DNA from: Paraspadella gotoi
Taxonomy: Eukaryota > Animalia > Chaetognatha
Direction: 5' to 3'
Assembly: GCA_051294375.1 (NCBI GenBank)
Contig: CM119269.1
Location: 16,575,818 to 16,639,817 of the forward strand
Length of the DNA: 64,000 nt
Each line of letters begins with the position of its first letter. Position 1 is the first letter of the stretch. Under the pieces are notes generated by a model that saw nothing but the letters and a program-made list of their open reading frames with translations, was not told the DNA's origin and did no database searches. The translations under genes and the position numbers were made by a program. Shown here in pieces: positions 38,956 to 50,075 of the stretch.

Positions 38956-40182
38956 TATCCATTCCCACCCCTTTCTGTTCAGCCTCTTAGATATTATGAT
39001 TTTTCATTAATGACTTTCAAACAGAAATGATGTGTGATATCTATTAGAAAACTAGGACAGATAGTAATCTAACCTTGTGTTGTATAGATGCTCCCTCTAT
39101 TTCCAGAAGACAACACTGACTTCCCCTTCCCAAATTGAATTATTATATAAATAAAACATTTTTTAAAAAAAGAAAGCAATATATGTTTGATTAAATAATA
39201 TAGATTAAATACTAAATCCTTCATAAAAATATTAAAATATTAATTAGAAAAATAGAAAATAGTGAAACAAGTAATTTGCAAATTTTCATATATATATACT
39301 TATATATAAATATAGCTCACTGGTGCCAACTAATGTTTAAAATTAAAAAATAAATTTACCAAAGTATTTTTATTGGTTTTTATTTTCATGTTTTATATGC
39401 TAAATTTTAATTTTCTAAAATTTTATCATTTTCACATCACTCTCTTGTACAAGTTCTAACGAGGGTACTAACTTTTTTCCTTACATCAAACCCTTTTCCA
39501 CTTTTCAAGTATTATTAGCAAGACCAAGATATAAACTAAAATTACTTACTTTATTAAGAACAAGTGGCAATTAATATTAATTACGGGACAACTTAATCTC
39601 GTCTGAAGCAGACGTCCACTAAAAATTTAAAAAATTGCCTTTTTGGGTAAATGCAGTACAATAAAAAAGAGCTTAGATATCAAATTAACAAAGGAAGACA
39701 TATAAATTAAAACATAAATTTTGGCGTGATCCAACAACGTAAAAAATAGACGTTATATCATTAAAACGAGTTGATTAGTCGAGATAAAATATAATTACAC
39801 CAACTGAAAAAGAATTAAGGAAAACGATAACGGATGACACCACAAAAAAAAACTATCAAAAACAAATCTAGTAAATCTAACAAAAATAAATCACTTGGTT
39901 TTATTTTAAAGGAAAATTCCAAGCTGGAGAATATTTACATCTAAAAAAGAATAGAACGATGAAGAACCGAAAATAATAATCCTAGAACAAATTAATGATA
40001 TTTTTTTATTTTAAATTAATTTTCTTATTTTTAATAGTCTTTTAAAATTTTAATGCTTAGCTAGAAAAAAAGCTGATAAATTTTGAGGGGTAGTTTTTTT
40101 TTCGGCCCAATGAGCAAGACTAAATGCCAAGACTATAGTACTAAACCTAAAATCTTTTTTTCATTAAAATAACTCTCATCTC

Positions 40183-42021
40183 TCAAAACTTTTCGTCGGT
40201 CAGCGTTGAGGTGAGTTTGTGATAGAGGTCGTCGTGATAGTCGTCGAGGTCGATTGAGTCCTCGCTGGCCCGCAAATCGTTAAGCCGGCCGATGATGTTG
40301 GCGAAGGTGGGTCGATCCTCGGGCGCCTCGGCCCAGCATTCCTCCGCCACGCGAAAAAAATCGAGAGAGCAGTGAGAGGGCCGGTCGAGCCGCTCCCCGA
40401 TACGCACCGATCTCATGACCGTAGCCGTGTCCGATTGCCCGAAGGGCGTGGCACCAAGGGTCCCAATCTCCCACAGTAATACCCCGAAAGACCAGACGTC
40501 GCTCGCAGAAGAACTTCGACCTTGAAACAGAAACTCCGGCGCCATCCATCGGATCGGGAGCCTGACCTCGGACCTTTGCTCGTATATGCCGAAGCCGTGT
40601 ACGTCGCGAGCGAGGCCGAAATCGGCAATCTTAACGTGGCGGTTGTCGGCGCCTTAAGCGTTTAACATCCATTATTAAAATTTCTTTATTAAACTTTTAA
40701 TAACTTCAGTATCTACCCAGTAAGACGTTTCGCGCCGCCAGATCTCTGTGCACTACGTTGAAGCTCGCCAGGTGATTCATGCCCAGAGCTGCCTCGTAGC
40801 CAAAGTTGACGAGATCGCGGGGATCGACTGCGGGTCGCCTGTTTGAGCCGACGCGGCGGAGAAAGTCCTGAAGGTTCCCACCGGGAAGATACTCGAGAAT
40901 CATGAAGTAGGGATCGTCGTCGATGCAGCAACCAAGGAGACGAACGACGTTTTCGTGCGGAGCAACCAGTCGCATGATGGACATCTCGGCGAGCAGCGCC
41001 TCCTTGGCGTGCTTGTCCGCCTCAGCTTTTACTTTCTTGACGGCAACATCCGTCCAGGTGCCAGTGCCGTCGATATCGAAAGCCAGCGCGCGGACGACCT
41101 GGCCGTATTCGCCGTCTCCAATTTTCTCTTGGAGGCTGAGTTGCTTTCTGTGGAACTCTAGGTCCTGAAAAAATTATAATTTAGATTAGTTTACAATTTT
41201 TGTTATTATCTGATTTTTTAAAAAATAATTAAAAGCTTAAGGTTCGTCGCAATCGCATTAAAAAAAAACTAAGGACCCATCATGACAAACTTTGATACTC
41301 AAAAAATCAAATTTGCTTCAAGTAATAAAAATTATAAAAAAGAAAAAATAAAAAAAAATAAAAATTAGGTAGAAAAAATAAAAATAAAAAAATAAAAAGG
41401 ATAAAATAAATTAAAAAATATTAAAAAGTAATGATTTGCCACACTTAAGAACAAATGAAATAACAAAACAAACCAGAGTACAAGAAAGGAAAAAAGAGAA
41501 ATGTAAGAAAGCTGAAAAAGAAAATGAGAATAAAAAAATGAAATAAATGAATAAAAGGAAATAAATTGAATAAACGATTTGAATTTCAATTTATTTAATT
41601 TAAATAAATAAAAACATTGAGTTAAATCAATTACATTGAATAAACCAAATTAAAAATATGAACCGAATTAAATTTAATTAAAAAATCTTAAAAGCATAAG
41701 GATCGTCGCATTCGCATAAGAATAATCAGGATTGACAACAAATTTTGATACTAAAAAAAATAAAATTTGAAAAAAGAAAATTAATTTCTAAACAGAAAGA
41801 AAAATTAGATTTTGCGATTGTCAATTAAAAAAAAATTAAAGTATTTAGGAAAATTAAAGTTAGTTTCTAAAAAAAAAAGAAAAAACTATTTTCATTGTCA
41901 AACTAATCAGAAAAAAAACGAAATAAAAACCCGATGTTGCGATAGCAAAATGCTAACATGCACGAATTTTACGAGTTCAATCCTAATTCAATTTTTTTTT
42001 TTAATAAAAACGCAGAGTGAG

Positions 42022-42063
<42 letters not shown>

Positions 42064-45000
42064 AAAGAAATCAAAAGGCAGCAGCAGAAGCAGCAGGAGA
42101 AAAGAGGGAAAAAGAATAAGCCCCTGCAGAGCCAGCTGCAGACTCGTTATTTTTCCTATGAATCAGTGACTAAGGAAAAGAGAGAGGGAGAGAGACATTG
42201 TAATTAGAGAGGGAGAGAGACATTGTAATTCTATCATGTAGTTCTTCCCCACCAACAAGTGAGCACGTCCTCCCGGCTTTTTACGACAAATATTTTTTGA
42301 TTATTTTTTTGAATAATTTTGCATATTTTTCGTTCCTTTTTTTTTTTTTTTTGGAGTTCAGAATACAGATATTCTTCGACACGTGGCTTTGAAGTTTCTC
42401 TTCACGGCCGCCATCTTTTTTCGTCTTCGTTGTGCGTGGCTTCGGAGGGAAGAGCCTTGACTCGGCCCTTTCGCTTGCCCTCGACGCACCCTGCGCGGCT
42501 GCGGAGGGAAGAGCCGCGACTCGGCCCTCTCGTTTGCCCACGGCGCTTAGTACGGCTGCAGGGGGGAAGAACCTTGTTTCGGCCCCCTTGTTTGTCCAGT
42601 GCTCTCCGTTTTTTGGACTGAGGCGCGTGTTTTCAACTCGACTACCCTCATGTCTCTTCCGCCGCCGCCTTCGCCGCCGCCTCCACCGCCTCCACCATCA
42701 GCCATTCCGGGCTTTTCTGGTCAGGCCGAAGTCATGCCCCTTCAGATGGAGGCAGTTCTCCAAATTAGCAACGCTCTTTCTAGCGTTCGTCGCGAATTTA
42801 GGGAGTTTCGCCCGCTCGTCTTGTTCCGAATTGGAGAGTCTTCGGCGGTGAGTTCTTCTTTCTTTTCGTTTTTGTTTTTTCGCCTTTTTTTTTTTTTTTG
42901 GCGTACATTTCGGCGTACAGAGGGGTTTTCCTCCTGTGCCCCACCTAACTCGACTTTGTTTGTTTTTTGTCGGGCCTTCGCCTGGTCTTGTTACAGGCTC
43001 ACTTGTTGGTGGGGAAGAACTACATGATAGAATTTCTGGTTCCAAGTGGAACCGGGATTCTTCATGGTTCTTCCCCACCAACAACCACCCACCGTCCACC
43101 CCTGGCACCACCGGTGGTGGAGGGCGGCTCAGGCTCGCTTGTCTTGTTTGGTGGGGTGTTTTTTGGGGTTCTTTTTTTGAGACTGTCATTTTTCAATGAT
43201 TTCTCTTTTTTTCCATGTACGTTTTCTTCATGGTTCTTGGACGCCTCTGTTCGCCATTTCGCCGTTCTTCGTCGGTCTTCGTTGTACGCCAGCGACTTGG
43301 AGTCTTCGCGTTCTTTGGCGGCCTCTTCGGCGGCGGATCGGCCTTCACGCTCCGAGCGGGTGACTGCGTCACGCCTTCCTCGTCGAGCCCCATCTGCGCT
43401 AGTCGACGACGACGCCTCCGTTTCTGCTGCGGGGTTGGACAACTTCTTGTCTCGTCGTGCTTCTGTACAGCCTTCGGAGTGGGTCCTACAGCAGTGGAGG
43501 GTTTTGCGCAGAGTTGGCCAGGACGACGTTCTTTACCGTCGTGGGACGTTCTTTCCGCCTATACGCGTTTCCGGCGCTGTCGGATGTCTCTTCGCCGGCG
43601 GATTTCGTCCTCCTGCTCAAGAGAGTTGCCTTGCCGCTCAGTTCGACGCCGTTCGGAAGGACTCCAAGACGACGCGCGCTTTCAAGGCTTTTGAGCGCAT
43701 CATGAGGGACGCCGGAGCGTCCGTTCATGCTGTCCTTTCTGTCGCTGACGCTCTCCGCCTCATGGTTGAGGCCCTTCGCTCGGAGGGGCCCGGTGCAGTG
43801 GACGCAGGCCACCTTGACGATCTTGCCAAGCCCCTTAGAGACGCCTCGTCGGGTTTGGCGGCGATTTTTGGCCCTCTCCGAGTCTCGGCGCTTAGTTGTC
43901 GACGCTGCCCCTTCGGTTCTCAAGACAGTTCTGTCCAGTTCTCCGCCCTCCACGTCGTTCTTTTTCGGAGACCGCTCCACAGACGTCACTCAAGCGTTCC
44001 ATTCTTCGCTTCTCCGCTCCGGGGCGCCTCACTATTGCGCCAGTTCTGTTAGCCGCAAGCATGGGCGTGGCAGTCCGCGTAATCCCGCTCGCCGTCCCTA
44101 CTGGCCTCGCAAGTTTTCGCCGCCTCCCAAGCGTAGGGGCGGGACTCCAGGGACGTCAAGGACGCCAACTGATCGCCCGACAGCTCTTTCGGCCGTTGCT
44201 TCGTCCGGCCGTCAGTTTCTCCAGACCCGGTTTTCGTCCATGGACTGGTTCTTTTTGCGGTTTCTCATCCCCCCCTTCTACGACGTCCGGTCAAGTGGGC
44301 GTGGCACGTCACCGGAAGTCTTCGCGGGATTCCCCCCTCTTGGTTTGCTTGGTTACGAGTGATTCTGTCTCGTGTCGGCGTACTGAGGTAGCGTACGGGA
44401 GGGGGAAGAGAAGGCGGGGAAGAGGAGGTTTCCTCTTTCGTTTTTCTCTCGGGAGATGTCGCGTTTGCTGAGCAGATGCTCACTTGTTGGTGGGGAAGAA
44501 CCATGAAGAATCCCGGTTCCACTTGGAACCATAAATTAAAGAGGGAGAGAGACATTGTAATTAAAGAAAAGAGAGAGAAAGAAATATAAAAATAAAAGAA
44601 AGAAAATTTGTTTGTTTTGATAAAACATAAACAAAACATATTTAATAAATGTCCAGACTCAATTTTATGCACATCGATGATGAGAAGAAGCTGTATATAA
44701 ATTTTCAGCTTCATACACCCAAATTTAATCATAAAAAAGGCGATCTATAATTTGGAACGCCGCCGCTGCCGACGACAACGACGACGCCACTTATGTGCAA
44801 AACCACAGCAATATCGTCGCAAACAGAAAGCGATTGCGACGATAAAAAAGGAGAAAAAGATTAAGAAATAATATAAATAGAATAAATTTGTATTGTTTAT
44901 ATAAAATATATATATTTAAATTTTCAGCTTCATATAATTACAAATATTATATAGAAAGGTGATTGTCTATTGCGATTGCGACTCTAAAAAAGCTAATAAT

Positions 45001-47606
45001 GTGGCGGTATATTCACACTTCCTCACATCCACCATCATTCAGCCAATCCCATTGGCTCAGAGTTGTGTTCCATCCAGTCATAACGACTTCCCTCTGCGAT
45101 GGCGAAGCGAGACCATCCTAGGGTAACCGCGCCAGTGACAGGTGGCGTCACGGAGGGTCGGAATCCCCCAAAGCCAACAGTGGGCATCACAAGAAACCCG
45201 GCTGTTGCCATAATACGCGAATTAATTTCACTAAAAATCTCAACAATGACAATGAGAAGCAGAATAGTTTATTTTAATTTTTTTTACATCATAATATTTA
45301 AAGAATTGAGTAATAGACTATGTGCAGACAGACCGAACGACCAAAAATGAATTATCGAGGTGCTCCCAAATCGCGACAACTAATAACCAATAATAAAGAA
45401 ACCAAACGAGACACTACTTATTTTATTATTTTACTTAATTAAATTATTATTTTTGTCACTTATGAAATCATAGACCGTAGAGTCCCTATATAATAAATAT
45501 AATCGGCTTCTCTCTCACCTGAAAATTTCGTTGCCGATTGGAATATGGGTGAAGTGAGGGAAGGGACCCGGAGCCTGCGCGGAACATGGCCCGAGAGGCT
45601 GATGAAGAGATTATTGAGCCCAATTCGGGGGAATCATTGCAAAAGCCGCTATGAGAGGAGCATCGGCTGCCGTCGGGGCGCCATCCTCTGGGACCGAGAC
45701 GACGCGAGATGTCGTCCTCGGAATTAGTTCGCGCCGCCTTTCTCCGCGACGCCACGAATCGGTAAAGAATGCCCAGCAGCACCAGGGCGATGAGAAACAT
45801 TATCAGTAGCAGCGCGGCCCCGGTCGGCGACGTGAACCACAGCACCGCGGCTCCAGGCGGCGGCGACACCACCATCGCCTTTTTGCGCGAACATCCTTCG
45901 CGACCGCACGTTATTTCGGGCTTCCGAATTTCGAAGGATGTGTGGTATAGAACGCTCCACATAGAATAAGCGCCGATTTGACGAATCTGAAACTCAACGA
46001 TGACTTTAGGGTAGACGAACCTTTCGGTGACAACGATCTTGTAGACGAACTTAAAGAGATTGCGAGACCGAGGGAGGTTTATCGTATTGTAGGCTGGAAT
46101 TCGGATAGACTCGTTTATCATGTGCTTAACGTCCTCAGAATAGGTGACCAAAATCATTTTTTTCAAATCCCCCGAGGAGACCTTCGGGAAACGGTCAATC
46201 TCGCAACGAATCTCCGGCACCCCAAATTTGTCCGCCGCACGCACGCAGACAGCTCGAGCCGGGTAGTGCAACGAGTCCAACCGCAAATCCGCTGTCATTG
46301 TCTTCTTCGAAACGGGGTTGGTGGCGCTGCAAACGACTTTCTCGCCAAAATCTTCCCGTCCCGGCACGTAGCGACATTGATAGTGCGGAGGCGCGCGCCG
46401 GCACGTCTTACCATAGGGCAGTGTCCAATTAATACGCGCTTGCGGTTCCGATTCAAAGCTGGAACAGAGGAGGAAAACGTCGCCGCCCGCTCTGAGGACG
46501 TTGTCGGCCGTGGCGTACTCGATGCGCGGCGACGAGGGCCCAAAAGCTATCTTGACAGTTTTGCGCGTCTTCAAAGAAGTCGGAAGCAGGGGCGATTTGA
46601 CGCGACACTCGTACACAATCCCAGGAAAGTTATTTGTCATCTCATTAGTAACAGAGAAAGTCTTGACCGCGACATAGGGGTGAACGTTTCGCGCGTTGTC
46701 GGAACTGATCGTCTTTTTCGATGGAGGATTTCCGACTCGTCCGGTGACGCAGGTGACGGTGAGATTCTTGCCATAACTTACCCAAAAATCGCCGCCGTGT
46801 TCGACCACGTTGTCAGGAGAAAAGGAAACGACCGGAGGAGAGGGAGGGTAAAGAATGTTAAGAGTTGCGCCGGCTTGGATAGAAGAGTTGCGCATCAGCG
46901 GATTCTCAGCGGTGCAGCGCAGCATGGCGCCCTGATGCAGTTTGTGACGGGGAACGAATTGGAAGGTGGCTATTTCGCCACCCTCACCATCCGGTGACGG
47001 GAATAAGAATGTCGTGTTGATGACACGGAGAGCCTTTCCGTTTTCGTTGGATAAAATCCACTGGACGAGACTTCTCGGAACTGCACCGTAAAAGGTGCAG
47101 GTTAGGTTAGTCGCGACGCCTTCTTTGACGTCAACAAGCGCAGAGTTCTGCTCCTTTAGCAAATTCTCACCATAAGCCGAAAACGGTCCCGAAGCTCTCG
47201 ACGGGGCTCGGAGGCGAGTTAGATTGACGATGTTGCCGATCTCCATTCGATCTGAAATCGCAACGCAGGAGAATTCTACGCTCGGACTATTTTCAAAGTC
47301 TAGCGACTTCAAGCTGAGCCTAAATGATACGGGATCGACGGCATATCCTTTGGCGGGGGGAAGCATCTCCGTCATCCAAAAAGAATACACTTGTCGCGGA
47401 TGGGACGAGCCTTGTAAGCGCTTTCGCCAGATGACTTGAACGGCCTCGTAATCTGGCGATTGGCCAATTCGTTCGCTAATATCCTCCAGGGCGGTGCAGT
47501 CGAGATCGACTGGGTCTCCTTCTTCGGCGAAGAGGCGTACGCCGGAGAGGCTCGTCGACGGCAGGGAGAGCAAGATTCCGTAAAATAGTGTAAGCGATGA
47601 AATCAT
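40183..47606 (-). CDS. Receptor tyrosine kinase with Ig-like ectodomain and FGFR/RET-like kinase domain, ~1001 aa, 3 exons
   Basis: Exon 47606-45519 encodes a signal peptide, several Ig-like domains (C..W..C spacing, e.g. LTC..VQW..LRCTAEN; LLC..INW..VVCSATN) and a TM helix (AALLLIMFLIALVLLGILY). It splices in phase 0 to 41164-40717 (IGDGEYGQV, VAVK, HRDLAARNVL) and in phase 1 to 40652-40183 (KIADFGLARD, RLPIRWMAPE, SDVWSFG, CW..P..RPTF). Confidence 0.92.
42181..42230 (+). repeat. 25-bp unit AGAGAGGGAGAGAGACATTGTAATT x2, third copy at 44538-44562 flanking the DIRS-like element
   Basis: Read directly: two exact tandem copies on the left and one copy (AAAGAGGGAGAGAGACATTGTAATT) immediately after the element. 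Confidence 0.9.
42227..44537 (+). mobile_element. Non-autonomous DIRS-like (tyrosine recombinase retrotransposon) element with inverted termini and internal complementary region
   Basis: 25-bp perfect inverted repeat at 42241-42265 / 44477-44501. Internal segment 42997-43084 is the reverse complement of the left end (42227-42264, 38/38) joined to the reverse complement of the right end (44484-44537, 53/54), overlapping at AATT. GC-rich interior has gag-like ORFs. No RT/RNaseH/YR motifs seen. Confidence 0.8.
42650..44052 (+). CDS. Putative gag-like ORF of the DIRS-like element (possibly spliced: 42650-42847 + 42997-44052)
   Basis: ATG 42650, Pro-rich start, GTGAGT donor at 42848 and TTACAG acceptor ending 42996 give a phase-0 in-frame join to the 42967-44052 ORF. 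That ORF has a helical segment (FKAFERIMRDAGASVHAVLSVADALRLMVEAL...LDDLAKPLRDASSGLAAIFG). A basic Arg/Pro-rich tail continues in another frame (frameshift). The gag identity is inferred from context only. Confidence 0.4.
45021..45214. repeat. GC-rich dispersed repeat, copy A (second copy at 56494-56729)
   Basis: Shared core gggtaaccgcgccagtgacaggtggcg and flanks cctcacatcca, cattcagccaat..attggct, taacgact..cctctgcg, gagggtcggaa, cccaaagccaacagtg, ggctgttgccataat. Confidence 0.85.
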
Positions 47607-47711
47607 TTTAGCTATTTTTGAAACCGAGTTAATACATCGAGCGGAAAAGAAACGTCACTCTTTTTTCTCAGATTCGGTCCTGCCTTTCGACATCGATCTG
47701 TATCGATCACA

Positions 47712-47756
<45 letters not shown>

Positions 47757-49080
47757 GTTACCCCGAACTACAATCGAATAATCACCGTGGATGTCAAAAT
47801 CGAATTCTGGGCAAAGTCACCGTATTGGCTATCTGCTGCGAATGTGTATTTGCAGGAGAGAGATAGAGAGAGAGAGAGAAATCATGATTTTTCCACCCCT
47901 AATCGATGAAGAGAGACAGACCAACAGCGAAACAGAAAAAAACCCGCATGAAAATGAGCCGAAGTCGAGGGGACTCTCGAATCCCCTGGCGATTAATATT
48001 TCGGGGTCGAGCAACGACAGCGCGAAAAATTATCTGTGATTTTTAATGCCTGATGACCGGCGAGAAAATTATCACCGTCTTCAATGTAGCAGGTTGCCAG
48101 CGGTCGGGTTTCGATACCGGCAATCTCGTCATGATTAAAATTCTAAAATATGAAAAAATAACTATTTCAAAGACCTTGATTGAGTTTTCTGGTGGGAAAG
48201 AAATATTCATTATGAAATTTAAGAGCTATGCGAACGATAACTATCTACATACATATCTATTAACGAAAGCTAACTATTAAAATTGCAAAATTACATGTTT
48301 CACTATTTTAAGTAGTGTGGCAGTTATTATAATATTCATTAAAATATAATTACAAATTCTATATTTTTTTTAAATTCTTATTATTATTATTATTATTATT
48401 TTTTTTTTTTATTACTTTTTTTTATCTACTTCTAATAAGATTTTACCGTAATATTTTTACCGTAATAATTTTTTTTACCAACTCTCGATCCAAATTGTCG
48501 GGAGACTAACTTAATTATAATAAATTCAGGTTTCCTAAAGCTGAAAATAAAAAGTATTTACAAAATTTGCCTCATTTAGCTAATGGTCTAAAAAAATTTT
48601 TTTAGGAGAAATATGAATAATTTTACAAATGGTGAGATAAATTTTAGCAATTATATAAACTATCTTATGAATAAATAATAAATTACTAATCTATACTTAT
48701 TTTTTTACTAATATAGTAGCCCAGACAGTTTATTTTGCATTTAGTATAACCTATGTATAATATTAAAATGTCAAAATATTTGTTTTTAATTTTTAAAACT
48801 TCTTAGAACTTGTTCATAAAAAAGATAAAAAAAAATTTAATTCTTTTTTAAGAAATATTTTATTTAGTAAGTTGAAATTACAAAAAATATTTTCAAGGTT
48901 AAAATAAAAAACCAGTATTTTAAATAACTTTTTGTAACAAAGCAAATTCGGTTTTAGAATTTCAAAATTTCAATTTTAAAATTTTAGCCATCATATACTT
49001 AATATTGTAAATATAGCTTACTTGTGCACAATGTATAAAATAAATTTACTAATATATTTTTATAAGTTTTTATTCCTTAT

Positions 49081-49288
49081 TGGGTTACTTTTACTTTCGC
49101 CGACCGGGGTTAAGGAGGGGTTAGGGTTAAGGGTGGTTTAAACGTGGTTTAGGATTAAAGGTGGTTAGGGTTATGAGGGTTTAGGGTAATTAGGTAATAT
49201 TTTTTTAAATTTAAAAAAAATAAGTATTTTTAAATGTTTTTTTATAAGCAGACAAAACCGCGGTCGGCGAAAGTAAAATTTAGCCCAT
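49081..49288. mobile_element. Small MITE/Helentron-like element with terminal inverted repeats and internal degenerate (GGTTAG/TTAGGG)-like repeats
   Basis: ttttactttcgccgaccg (~49090-49107) is the inverted repeat of cggtcggcgaaagtaaaa (49261-49278), extending imperfectly to tggg/ccca. Interior ggggttagggttaagggtggttt...ggttagggtt. Confidence 0.6.
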
Positions 49289-50075
49289 TATTGATTATTA
49301 TACCAAATTTAAATTTTATAAAATTTTATCATTTTCACCTAAATCATTTAGGTAAAAATGATAAAATTTTATAAAATATAAATGCAAACACCAAGTTACT
49401 TCAAAAAAGATAATTTTCACCTCAGTAGACATTGGTCAAAGGTTGGATATTATTAATACTATTAGTAATTAAAGTTTGCATCTAACTCTCTAGACTTGCA
49501 ACAGTTGATTGGAAAAGAATTTTTTATTATTTAAAATCAAAAGTAATACTGTAATTAAAACGTAATTAAAACAAAAGTGAGTTGGAAAATGAAACCAAAT
49601 TTTACAAGCCAACTTTCTCCACTCATTGTCAAGCCATATCTTAACTGATCAATATAAAATTTTAACACAAATAGTTTTAGTATTTTCTACTCGAACTGAA
49701 TTTTAAAATCACTGAAATAACCACTGGTTTGCAAATGACAGCGTATTTCTACCGGGGCTTGTAAAATTGTCTCCATGTATTATTTAAAAAAAAAGTTTAA
49801 AAAAAAAAAGTTAAAAAAAAAAAAAGAATCTCTCGTCACATGAAGGGCGTAATAATTTAGGTATTGTTGTGAATAGTATTTACTTTTTCTAGCTTCTCAT
49901 GATTTCATGAAATTTAAAAGACATTGACAAATTTACTTGCTTTTTACACCATTTTCGAGGCATAACCATGACAGAGTCGGTCAAGCTAAGTTTTAATAAA
50001 GTTTCTTTAAAAGTCGTTTTGAACAAAAACTGCAACAAAATAGAAATCGTGCATGAGATGGAAAAAAATGACTGT

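Noticed and set aside
42227-44537. LTR retrotransposon or DDE DNA transposon interpretation
   Set aside because: The termini are inverted and asymmetric rather than direct, there is no TG...CA/PBS/PPT, and the internal end-junction copy is characteristic of DIRS-type elements.
45021-45214. Resemblance of the dispersed repeat to 7SL RNA or an HDV-like ribozyme
   Set aside because: The short shared words occur in the wrong order for 7SL, and the nested double-pseudoknot of HDV ribozymes could not be built.
45978-46997. 339-aa + strand ORF (similarly 62698-63606 and 40923-41168)
   Set aside because: Antisense shadows of the real minus-strand RTK and NKAP coding sequences.
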